DNA of 64,000 nt from Acanthaster planci. Its lineage: Eukaryota. Location of the stretch: positions 1,795,599 through 1,859,598 of the forward strand of contig NW_019091360.1 in assembly GCF_001949145.1 (NCBI RefSeq), given 5' to 3'. The notes under the pieces were generated by a model. It was given only the letters and a program-made list of their open reading frames with translations. It had not been told where the DNA came from and made no database searches. The position numbers and the translations under genes were made by a program. This document shows, piece by piece, positions 50,783-63,323 of the stretch (position 1 is its first letter; each line of letters begins with the position of its first letter).

Positions 50783-53700
50783 GTGAGTGATTGGTTCGGT
50801 CCGCTAGTTTAGAAAGGTCCTTCAGTATCCGGGATAATGTACGTAATGAATCCGACCCCTCATGAACTGAAAAAGTTTAATTCTCGGAGTATTTGAAAAT
50901 CTAGGCTTGTGACGGAAAATTGGAGTGACCTACAAGAAGAGACAAGAAATGACGGGGCTTAGAGGAACAAAATGTATCAGAAAACTTCACAAATTAATGA
51001 ATCATCGTTTCCTCAAAATGCGAAGGACGTGTACTTCTACAGGTTTTTGTTGACCCCCGATTTTTTAACATGCGACGTTATTGGTGTCTTATATCTCTCA
51101 AACCAAGTCTCGAAATCCTTCTAGAGTTCCCTCTGCATCACATTTCGGGGAACTCAAATGACGGATGATTTTTTTTCGACCAAACTTCAACAAGAGAGTA
51201 TCAGACCTTCAAACTTGCTGCGCGCATTGCACACAAAAAGTCGCGGTCCCGACAACTCTGGCGAAGCAGCACACTGCAGAGTAACTGCAGGCAACAGGTA
51301 ATTCGTTGGTAATTTTTGTCCTTTTCTTGTTTGGGGAAGAGTTATTATGACTTCTCTAATCAGAAGAAGTCTTGCTCCCCGAGTGTAAGACCCAATATAA
51401 TGTACCACCGCCACAAGGCTCTGCCTTAGGGCAGTTCCTTAATTAAAGTGCCTAATGGTCATCGTGCCATTGGCTCACTTCCACCTCGAGGAAGCTAGAA
51501 ATTGTGGTGGAAATCCCACGCATGCACGAGAAGTGAAGGGAAAAAACACCCAGTAAGTTTACAGGTTTATACACGCAGGACTGATTGCATTCAGAACAGG
51601 AGCCATCCTAATCTGGGCACGTGTATAGTCACATTGGATCACTTTGGAGCTTTCCCGTCTTTTCATCAAGATTGCACTTGCCCCGTATCTCGATCATGGA
51701 CTTTCGGTAATCACCACCCTCGACTTCAAATTGAGAATCGAAGATTTTCGACTCTCTCAAGTAGTGGAAATCCTGGCAACATGGCGATTTCGTGTCGTTT
51801 TCGTGTGTGACGCAACGCGAACGATCTTCGTTGTAACCGTGAAGCCGAGCTCACACGACATCTGATCGGTTTGGTTTAGTTCAATACCGTCCCAAAGTCG
51901 TTCTGTTGATTTGAACCACGAAAATTAAAGTGATCGCTCCAAGAGAGGGAAGCGACATAGTAATCCACGTAGAGACGAATCAGCCCTTTTCCTCCCCAAA
52001 GCGATCGGAAAACGTTACCTTTTGCGTACGGTTAACATGAACATTTCCCCAACTCCGTTATTACCGTTCTAAATACTCGTGTAACGCTAAAATGACGTTA
52101 AATTCAAATGTCACATTCGAATTCACTCAAAGATAAGTCCATTTTTGTAAATAAAATGTCTTGCTCCGTCGGCTCCTTCTTGAAATTACCTGGTTCGAAG
52201 GACTTGCCTCACCTGTCATCACACCTTACCGAAACATTTCATTTGACCACGAACAGTACATTTTTACCCTTAATTAACACTGGAAGATCAACACTAACAT
52301 TTTGAAAGGAAAAACCGTCCTGTAGTGGGATTTTTTCTGAAGAAATACCAGTGCTTTTTGGAGTGAAGGACCAAGTTGAGAAAATTCAAGTCGGTGGAAG
52401 AATGTTAACTTTTGGAGGAATGATTTTGTGAGGAGATGTAAGATGAAGAAACATTGACCAACGCGGGAAACACTATAGGGGTCATTTGGCCTTGACGACT
52501 CTGCGTGTAATCACCGGCCAGGGTAAATACAATTGGGTTCGTCCAACCGTAAAATACAATAATTAGCAATTAAAAGAAATAACAAAAAACACAGAATGAA
52601 CCAAATAAGTGTGCATGATACAGCCACGAGACTTGAGCCATTTTTTAATTGTATGAAAACACTACGGTTCAGAGTTCGGTCTTATGCAGTCAAACATGCA
52701 GGTTGTGAATCGCACTGGTACACGGAGTTCAGAGTTTAGAGATGACATTCTCGCTTGCCTTGTTTACTTGTTGCTACGCTCATGTCTGCTCAATACTGCC
52801 ATATGTAGTGAACATTCCAATGAACTCCCGCACTTAATTTAATGTACGGCAAAATGCCCCGATGTGCGGCACTGCCCGCATAATACGCGTTGTCGGTACA
52901 AGACACCGGGCGAGGTTAACATTGCATGCAGTTTTGCGAAATGAGACGGACATTTTCCCGTCTGTCACCAAATGTCTCTAATTAATTACGATCCGGTGAG
53001 TTCATTATATTGTTAAACTATATTTCTTCAGCTGCCTTGCCTTTTGGCTCAGTTTTTTCCCAGTTTTTCAGCTTTCAGAAAAGTCATTATATTGTGCATG
53101 ACATCATGGTATATTCTTGCAGCTGACCCAATGGCGCATAATATTCAACAGTTTCAGCTGTCGCTGTAATATATCGTTTTGAAACAAAATAACGATTTCG
53201 GTGCTGTTACATGTACATGACATTCCAGTGAGTAATTGCAATGTTTATAGGTCGGGGCAGATTCGACTCTATAGCGTCTGGGAAGAAGTTGCCCCGGAGT
53301 TGCCACCGACCGCGGGCGTACGGGCAGGGCAACCTTGTCCGATCCTCCTGAAGTCACCTCCAACTTTCTCTTTCTCTGAATAATCGTTCCATCTGAATGC
53401 AATTTGAAATCAGTGCCCGAGTTGTGAGTTACGATACTCCCTTCCGATTTCGTGAATGACTTGAAAGTTCATCGGTGTCGGTTACGATTTGCATTTAAAT
53501 GCATATAGACATCAAATGGAAACATCAGAAGTAACGGTTAATTGTCAAGATATTTATAACTTGATATTCCACTTGCAGAATATTGTACTTTATCGACAGT
53601 GGAGATCATTTTATGTACACGTTTTGAAAAATGCATTACATTTTGTCTAAATCTTATTTGCTTTTCCAGCGACGGAAGACTGCGCGGTTTTAACAGTTGG

Positions 53701-56700
53701 TATAAATGTTTTTGCAAAGTTGTTTCAAAAACAATTGGTAGAAGATTTTAGTTTTGTTTAATACAGGTATAGGTATTGACCATAGTCTTTTTTTTAGCCA
53801 TCAAAAAGCAAATTGTCAACTTGATGCCGCACAAGTTGCTAATTTAGTCATTTGTTTTCATGTACACCTACATCCCTAAGAGGAATTTTTGATGGTTTTT
53901 GTTCTGGTTGAATTTGAAAAAAAATATGTACTGATTTTCTTCGTATTTGAATATCGACCGAGCATGCGACGCGACGGCTGATTCGCACGTCGTGTGTTTT
54001 GTGACACGACAAGATTGACGAGATGCACAGAGACAGTTTGGTTTTACATAATTACGATATGCAACGGGGAGGCAATGTTATCTCACGTCGGCGGTCCGCA
54101 CACTGCACTTGGTAAGCCATCACGCAAGGTTGTAAAGTTGAGTCCCGGATTTCTTCTGGTAGTGGGTTAAACCAACCTTTGCGATCAGTTTTCAGTTCGA
54201 TTCCATCGCCACGGTCAATGTCTACACATGACCTATGCACTTCCTTGATTTCCCTCGGAAATGGTTCGTCGGTACGTTCACGCCCCTTTTCAAGTTTTCC
54301 TTCCTCGAGTTCCTTTACAGACCGAATAGTTATACCCAAGTTGTTGTGAGAATAAAAGACAAGAAACTCGCCACACCGGTCTTCAAGAATGATAAAGGAG
54401 CGTAAAATATTTCTGCTGAACTTGTCTGGTCGTGGTATGGGCACTTTAACTGAAATATCGGTGACCAAAGCCAGTTAAGATTGGGTTTAACTCGATCAGC
54501 TACTTTGATTTCAGTGATGTCAGGTTGCACAAAACCTGTGTACTTATAGAAGCCAGTGTTATACATAATGCTCACCTACTTCAATGGAGTGTTCCAGACA
54601 TAATCGACCAAATCAACAGTCGTAAGTTTCAATCATTACGCCGCGAGAACCACAACAGGTTGAACGCTGTAGAGGACGGCCTAGATTGCGCATGTTCTCG
54701 GGCACGAGACTGGTGTCGCCCCAAGTCGATCCGTGGCAAGCGGCAACCTTCGTATTCAGGATTGACGGCCCGGGGCCTTGTTGTTGTCTGTGCGTCCTGT
54801 CATGTTAATTCCAGCATTATTCAACTGTAGTCATACCTTAGTATTCAATTTCCACAGAAATCATTTATTGCACACCCGCTCTCTGTCCATAGACCTGAAA
54901 TATTCAAAGGGCATTACCGATGACAACGCACATGTATGTTGGTTTAAAAAAAAAACCCATAGCATTATGTGTTTATTTGACCATGCAATGAGCCACTTTT
55001 TACATCAGTGTTGTTACTGGTGACACATCCATAACGATGGCTGTTCCTGTATACATTGTCTTGGATTTACCTCCGTCACTGTCACATTTCGTTTAATGTG
55101 GTCGTTACCGGTATCCACCTTTGCTCTTCGCTGCTTGTCTGAATGCAAGAAACGAATTTACTATGAGATCCCAACGGGATATTTTCTCTGCATAGAAATG
55201 AATAGCTGAAGAAAAATCGTCTTGTTTTGTGCATGTAAAACAGTTTGTACGATATAATGATTCTTTGGGGGGCTCCGTTTGATTGTACAGTGGGTAACAT
55301 TTAGTTCTGTCCTCGATTTCAAGGGTCATGACTTTGCCGTGCGATTTTGACCTTGGACTTGCCTGCACCCTGCCTTGAGCCCGGTGTTAAACCGGTGCGT
55401 ACATATCTAAACAAAACCGCGATAAACAATTATTCTTCAGTATTAGTTACTAGCTTGTATTCACACTGGTTTTCATCACATTAATGGCTAGGATAATTTC
55501 TGAAGGGATGTTCAGCCGCTTCTGTTACAAAATATTCCCTGCCTGCAGCGTCACTCTGAATGCCAAAACGATACGTCACCAGCAAAATGCAGTGCGTGCG
55601 ATAAGGCGAATCTGTCGTCAATGGTACTTCAACTTACCGATGTAGTCGTGTCTCAAATTGAGAGAAATGATTGTCACGAGTAATTTTGATACAAAGGATT
55701 CGCTAAGATAAAAAAAAAAAAATAGGCGGGTAAAATGATCCAGTGTCTCTCTCTGATGGCTGTTACATGATCTCGCGGTCGCTTCGGGCTACCCTCGCGC
55801 CGTGCCGCGTGGACCCGTCGTCTTTCGGTTTCTCATCGGTTCATAACGCGCCCGCCGTGCCATCTCTCGCTGCATGCGTGCGTGTGAAAGGAGAGGCAAA
55901 TTATCACATGAATTGTTAATGGACAGTTTTGGACGATTTGATCTGTTACAGTACCGAATAACATACATTATACGAGGGGGCCTTGTGCGTAACTTTTAAC
56001 GAGAGCTTCGTAACGCTAGCCCGCATGCCGCGTCCAACTCCAGCCAGGAACTCGTGAAGACCGTCATCACGCAGTAATCCAGCGACGAGGCCGGACGGCG
56101 GTGTTCGCACCGTCGTTCAAAGCCATGATTAATTCATAATTTATTACCATTACCAGTGCCGCTCATGAGGGTACCACGGCCAGGTCGAAAGGATGATATC
56201 CACCCGCATAATTCTTCCGTTAAACCCATCGCATTGCATGCAGTTGCCCGAAGGGGGAACAATTTTTCTTCACCTAACTTGAGAGCGAAACATTTAGCAA
56301 ACCGTCCTTCTTAGAACACTGTTTACGACTCAGAGGAGATATCTTCCTCTACGAATAAAACAAACCTTTCCCGTTTACTTTATCCTGCATACATATCATA
56401 TAAATACATATTTCCCAGTTACAACTCAACCCGCATAACTCGTGAGTGGCTATTGTTTAATGACCTGTCAGATCATTTTTCGTGTACTCATGAGTATAGC
56501 CGACCACTCGAGTTCAAAAATAAAAACTTATCAAATAAGAGACGATTTTTTTTCATCACGAAGGTTTTAAACTTGATGTAACCAAGTCACATGAAACATG
56601 TCAGTTTGTGCGAGCTTTCTACTGTCATTATCAGAGTCTTTCTTTTATGCAGTTACTGCCGAGCCAGATATCGATATAACTTATAAGCAACCAATGAAAA

Positions 56701-57072
56701 TGTTTGCCCAAGAAATTACCGCAGCCTTAGGGTAGAAAGCGCACGGTCAAAACGCCCACAGGCATGGGCCGGCATTGAATCGATTCACGCTCGTGTAATT
56801 TTGGGGAATGAACAGTTCGCAGGAATACTCACAGCATAGGCCGAATCGCACCTTTCCGTTAGTTTTTAATTTAAAAAACGTGAGTATTTTTAAGGTTTTA
56901 TTCTCACCTTGATGATAAGAATGCCGAGTATTCCAGGATTTTACTCAGACTGCATTATTGTATAAGTTTCGGTCGGATTTTTGTTCAAATACGACTCCTA
57001 GTACATTCACGGACGTGGTCTATTTTTTTTTTTGGCACTACCTCTTGAAATTCACGGTGCCGAAGTCGGCAT

Positions 57073-57149
57073 GACTTGATTCCATTTCCACAATGGACAG
57101 CAGAGGAACGCCGACTTGATTCCATTTCCACAATGGACAGCAGAGGAAC
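57073..57149 (+). repeat. Tandem duplication, period 40 bp
   Basis: gacttgattccatttccacaatggacagcagaggaac occurs twice, identically. Confidence 0.95.
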
Positions 57150-59982
57150 TTTGCTGAAAGCACCGGTGTCTACTCGATAGCTTCGTATTTCCCTTGTAAG
57201 CTAAGATTGTCAGAACTGGTTGAAGCTAATGATGCAATTAAACTTGATAGGTTCAAGCGCCGATTTTCGTGCGGTTCATGTAGCATCGGCTTCTCCCAGG
57301 CCAAATCAGCATTCGTTCTGTCGAGAAATTCACTCACCACCAGAAACTATGAAATTATTCTTCCGAATCCCCCCCCTCCTCCTGGGCAAATATACAAAAA
57401 CTCGTTCGTCAATCGAGAGAGTACAGCATACGCCGTTTCTTCCTCGGCAGGTTGATGATGACGGTGTGCGCAGTGATATCCGAGACTGCCGATATTGTCG
57501 GGGGCCAGAGCTCGCCGGGGCTGACACCCCCGTTTGCCGGCGGGCCTCGGCTCGGGATCACGCGTCGGGGCATTTTGCGACGGGGAGGTTATTCAACTCG
57601 AGCTCTCGGAGAGAGGAAAAAATACAACGGAAAAGGATTCGTGTCAAGAAACGGTCCTAGAGAAGATCAATATTTATTATTTCTTCGTTGTAATGGTTTC
57701 CTCAAAATCGCATATACTGGGAATAGAACGAAACAATCACTTTATTATTAAAAAACAAACAACCGAAAGCTCCACTTGCTTGATGGTCAAATTTTGCAGT
57801 AGCATAGATATTTCGTAGTGGACAAAAGTACTATGTGACTTTTTCCAGTTTCTCCTCGTATTGTGAAGATCCTCAAAGTTACGTTCTGAACTTGAAACTC
57901 GCTTTTTAGGCCGGTTCATACAAAAGTTGAACACATATTGAGTCAAGCGAATTTCGCTGCAAACGTTTCACGACCTTAAATTCGCTGCGCATTCCCACGA
58001 AGTAGGCCTACGAACCGGCTTTTTAAGCCAAACGTGTTTCCACCTATCGACACCATAATAACACCCCTCCACAAAAATACTGTGACGAATTTTGCCGAGA
58101 TTTTATTTCATGTTCTCTTTCCGGTAGGGAAACCCAAGGATTCGTCCGAAGTGTTTATGGGCGTTGTAATTCACAAGTCTGAAGAAACGTGAAGACCATT
58201 TTAAGAGGTCAGTCATGAGAAATGGCCGATATCAAGGGTGGCAAGGAAAGCTGTGAATAAATATTCTGGGGAATTCCACGGAAGAAGACTGGGACTAGAA
58301 GCCCAATTCACCTGTCTTGGGAGTTAAAAATCGGATCGCATCCAGAGCTGGAAGGCTGAGAAAGTTCCTTCCAATAACCTGACCCCTCCCCGCCCCAACA
58401 GCTGAAATCAATTCAAGTGAGCACGGTTTTAGAATTTCTAAAACTGTTCTGTTTTTTTAATCACTAGAAACACAATCCAGTGCTTATTTCAATTTATTGG
58501 GCTTGTGGACGAAACATTCGGCTCGGAGTGAGACGAAACCATGTAAGAAAAAGGCGGCATGGGTAGATTGCGGTTAATTCGACAAGTGGCTTTCCGTTTC
58601 AGCGAACGTATACTTGTATACACTTACAGATAACCTGTCAATATACTTGGGCTCAATTTACATTAGTGTAAAATTAGATACAACTGTGACTTAGCGGGAG
58701 ACAGGTGTTACTTTTGGACTTCTGCACGAAATTAAAGTTGTCTGTGATTGAGGTGATAAACGACCGCGTGTTTGTCGCACTTACCCATACATGTCAGAGT
58801 AACATGGACGCCGGTGAGGTTTCCTGTAACTTCTTGCAATGATGTTAAATTATTTTTGAGTAAACAATTTAATCCTATGTGATTAAAATAACTTTCATTT
58901 TGTGTGGAATACATGCACTCATTTTCAATCCAAACCTAGCTGAAGTTGAAGCCACTGCACGTCTCATCAATGAGATGCTCTTATCACTGTTCACAGCGAC
59001 CTGCCCTCGTAAAAATCTTTCTACGCGAAGACAGAAAGGCCGTGTGCAGTCACAGGAAGGGAAAACAATTTAGGCATAGCCTATAAACTATAATGATTGT
59101 GACGAAAAACACAGAGAATCAAACGCTGAAAGAAGAATCTGTGTCGAAGAATGAAGTTTTTCGTCACAAGCGGCGCATTTATCGAATATGAAATAAATCA
59201 GTAGAATTAATGTTTGAGTTTACAATTAAGACTTGTACCTGTAAAAGGCAAAGGAGCCGTGCAATTGGTTAAAAACGTCTGAAGGCACTATTGTTGTCGG
59301 CAATTCCCATCAGCAGTTGGTCGAGATTACCCCGATCTTATTCTTATTCGGGTGAAAAAAAAACTGACTAGCTTTTGGAAAGAGTTTACCCAAATTTGTA
59401 ATGTGAGGGAGAGTTAATATTTGAATCGATTCCTGGTAGCACGTGAGCTTGGAAAGCAAAAATGAAGTTGTTGTTTCTTGTTTGAAAGCGAAGAGGAAAA
59501 TCGTGCACATCAGAATTTGATGGTGTACATCGACGAAGAGTTATGTGAATTTGTAGACAAAAACATAACTAAGATGCCGACGAAATAAAACGAAAGGAAT
59601 TTCTCAGACATTTCACTTCTCGACAGCTAGTCATATGACCACTAAACATTGTAAATAAGCAGAAACTTTAGCACTTCCTTCGCCTCGGTCGTTTTGACAG
59701 TAGGACGATATTTGGGGAGGTGGTTCGTTAGAATGTTTCATTCTTATAAAGCCTACATTGCATTGGCCAAGTGTGCTGTGGTACTTGTGCACACGACACC
59801 CCCCCCTTCTTCTTGTTTGGCTACAGAGCTATACATGAAAACTCTGTGGGCTTGGTACATGTTGTCGTAACGTAAACCGTTACGTTAACGTAAACCCCGC
59901 GGTTATCGATATGTATCGGGCGACCAGATTGAGAAAACCACCGTAGCGTTAGCACACGTTGGTACCCTAGAACAAGTGGTCC

Positions 59983-60167
59983 CCGCGCGTTCCATTCCTC
60001 TTCGACCAATGGACTTCTCCAATCGGACGCCATAACTGCGGGTGGCACCGAACTCACATGCACATTCTTTGGCTTGACGCGCGCGTGCATTTGGCAAATC
60101 ACTGCACCCTAGTGGTCGAAGTGGCACGAGCGCGTACCACCTGCCCATGAGCGTTGTGCCACCGCAC
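59983..60167 (+). repeat. CpG-rich palindromic interspersed repeat, copy 4, with an extra inverted core segment on the left
   Basis: cgcgcgttccattcctcttcgaccaatgg, then gacgccataactgcgggtggcac...tgacgcgcgcgtgcatttggcaaatc...ggtcgaag...cgcgtaccacctg...gtgccaccgcact. Confidence 0.8.
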
Positions 60168-62043
60168 TCGTATATGTTTCACGCCCATTCGATGTGTAGA
60201 TATTACCGACTACGACCGTGCGCGGCGGTTCCTTGACCAGATTCTTATGAACCATACGGAGTTGTCCTTAGCAACTGATTTGCCAATACCATGTTGAGCC
60301 TTCTTGTTTTGAAGACTTCGTTTGCACAAAATGAACAAACAGTCACATTTAAACTCTGTGTATGTGCTCTAGAAGGCTTAAACCGAACGAAACGCCACCT
60401 AATCGTGAAAAGAAATGCTATCTAAGTATGGAATTTAGCCTCAAAGTGGTTGCTGAGATAATAACATATCTACATTTTCAATCGATCTCTTGGTTTTTTC
60501 CCTCTAAATTTCTCAATTTTAGAAGTTTTTTCAGAACAATGAGACACTGCATACGACAGGCCAAAATCTCAACTACATAATACAGTCAGTTTTATCTAGC
60601 TAGACTTTTTTTTCGACTTTCATGAGCTCTTTCTGACACTTCTGCGCAGCGTAATCTACGTGCTGTACATGTACATGTGTACATGCACTAAACCGATGCA
60701 GCCACGTACCGTGCACGGTAAACTGCGTCTTCCGGCCTGTTACACGCGTATCGACGTTGATGTACATGTGCGTGTACATGGACATTATGCGTCGGAGCTG
60801 ATGTGCATGTATTATGTGGTTCATCTATGTATAGTGCATGTAAAACTGGGGATATGTACCATGAAGTCATACTTTTCCTGGCAATGTTACAATAACAGAT
60901 AGACCTCCGTTTCAATAATAAACTTCATGTTGACTTTCTGTACTTTTGTGTTCGTCTTTCCTGAGTCACTGAATTCTTACGCACGCAAGGCCGTGAGAGT
61001 TTGCGAGATGAACGGAATCGCTGCTGAGTTGGGTCGATATGCAAACGCGTCCGGTCGGGAAAAGAACAAAAATCTAGCACAAAACTGTCAGCAAATCTAT
61101 AACCACACCTTTCTCCTCCAAGGCCCACTTTTGAAAAGTTTTGAATTTTTTGTTTCGCGCCTTCAAAAATCGCATCAAAACGCAAACAAACTACCGCTTA
61201 CTGGTAGCCTAGTTTGACCATTTTTCTACTGTTTTTCATTTACATTTTCACAAACCACGTTAGGAAAAGGCCTCATCTTATACCACGAAATATTTTTGGG
61301 CAGGTATTTTTATATCCAAAAAGTGAAAATAAGACGTAAATTTCATGAAAATAAGCAGCTGCTTGCCTGGCACGAATTCTCATGGCCCAGATTACGTATG
61401 CAATTGATCCTAAAAAATGGGACATGCGCAGTTAATAATTTCCCTTTGAAATTACGTGCGCAGTATTGCTTTTAATTCTGGTGGGTCAAATTAAAAAGCT
61501 GGTTAGATCCAGCCATCGGAGATACAGTTTTGCACCGCATGAGAAGTGTAGTGTGTTAATTGACTTCCGAACAGAGAATAATCATTATTACAGACCGACT
61601 TAGACCATACATTAATGAGCTGCGCGTAGATCTGTAGAAAGCTGCTGAGTACTTGCAAGAAATGCTGCGTTACCGTGTTATTGAAGTAAATTCTATCTCG
61701 GACGTTAGAGGGCCATTCGCCGTACCTACTGCTGTGTAAGGTCTCTGTGAAATGAACGAAGGAGGCACCATCTGGAAAACGCGATATCGGGCAAAGGAGC
61801 GCAATGAAATTGCAGTGTGTTGGCAGCCTGTAAGCCTTGACGGGTGATTTTTAGTCTGGGAGTAGGTTGTGTTCAGAGGGGTTATACTATAATGCAATAT
61901 CAGTCAGGTTTTCTGAGGTTAAGTCAGGTTGCATCCATAAGGTACATGTAGCTAGATTTACTGGCCTCGATTGGAGGAGTTTCTAACAAAAGGGTAACTG
62001 TGCGGCGGGTTTGGAACAATAATCTCCAGCAACCTCACCCAAC

Positions 62044-63323
62044 TACGAAAGCCCACCAGTGCCATGTAGTGTACCTTTTTTCAAATTTGTTTTTACAAGA
62101 TTTTTTTTGCCAATTTGTTTTTGCGATATATATTTTTCCCAGTTGTTTTTCGAGATATATTTTGCTCATTTTGTTTTTTCGAGATATATTTTCCCAATTC
62201 TTTTTCCATTTTTGTTTTTAACTCTCGAAAACAACGTGAGACATTATTTTTACCATGCAGTGCGATTGCCGGGTGAGATTGGTCTTGTTGTTTGTTTGTT
62301 CATTTATTTTGTTTTTCCACCCTTTTCCAAAATCCATCCGGGATAATTTGTGATCCTTTTCACTCGCACGTGCACGGAAGCGAGCCATGGTTCAGTAGTG
62401 TACACTGCCGCTTTCATGGGATGCACGCTTTTGAAGAGTTTACAAGCAGAAACATACTCGGGTCGTGAGCCCTAGAAGTTTCCGATGTAATTGACGTTTA
62501 CTGATGACAGTATTATGATTGAACAACAACGAAGCTATGACTTCATCGTAACTTAATCCTATATTGAAATAGAAATGAACAAGTTCTTCGTGAAGCATGG
62601 CTCTCATATGCGACTATACACCTCCCAAGAACCAATGTGAAAAAAACAATATATCTTGAAAAAACAAAGTGGGAGAATGTATTTCGAAAAAACCAAATGG
62701 GAAAAAAACTCGCAAAAACAAAATTTGAAAAATATATCTCGAAAAAACAAAATTTGAAAAATATTTCTCAAAAAAAAAACAAATTGGGAAAATATATCTC
62801 GAATAAACAAAATGGAATATATATCTCGAAAAACAAACCGAGAAAAATATATCTCGAAAAAACAAACTGGGAAAATATATCTCGTAAAAACGAATGTTTC
62901 CAAAAATAGTAACGTTGTTTCTTAAAATAGATTCAACAAACCAAACTTCCAAAAATTATCTCTTAAAAACGAACTTGGAAAAATATGTCGCGAAAAAACA
63001 AAATGGAAAATATATCTCGAAAAACAAACCGAGAAAAATATATCTCGAAAAAACAAACTGGGAAAATATATCTCGTAAAAACGAATGTTTCCAAAAATAG
63101 TAACGTTGTTTCTTAAAATAGATTCAACAAACCAAACTTCCAAAAAAATATCTCTTAAAAACGAACTTGGAAAAATATATCGCGAAAAAACAAAATGGAA
63201 AATAAGTCTCGAAAAAACTAACTGGGAAAAATATATCTCAAATAAACAAACTGGCAAAAGTATATATCTCGTAAAAACGAAGTTGAGAAAATGTACACTA
63301 CATGGCACTAGTGGGCTTTCGTA
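62044..63323. mobile_element. Foldback-type non-autonomous transposon, TAC..GTA termini, probable 6-bp TSD (IS3EU-like), with minisatellite arms
   Basis: cccaac|tacgaaagcccaccagtgccatgtagtgtac ... gtacactacatggcactagtgggctttcgta|cacaac. A ~28-bp aaaatatatctcgaaaaaacaaa unit is inverted in the left arm and direct in the right arm. Confidence 0.8.

Noticed and set aside
53395..53415. atttgaaatcagt resembling the 3' part of miR-29
   Set aside because: The seed TAGCACC is absent and no hairpin partner is evident.
54052..54575. Overlapping minus-strand ORFs of 138 and 81 aa
   Set aside because: No recognisable domain or convincing splice context; BLASTX would be needed.
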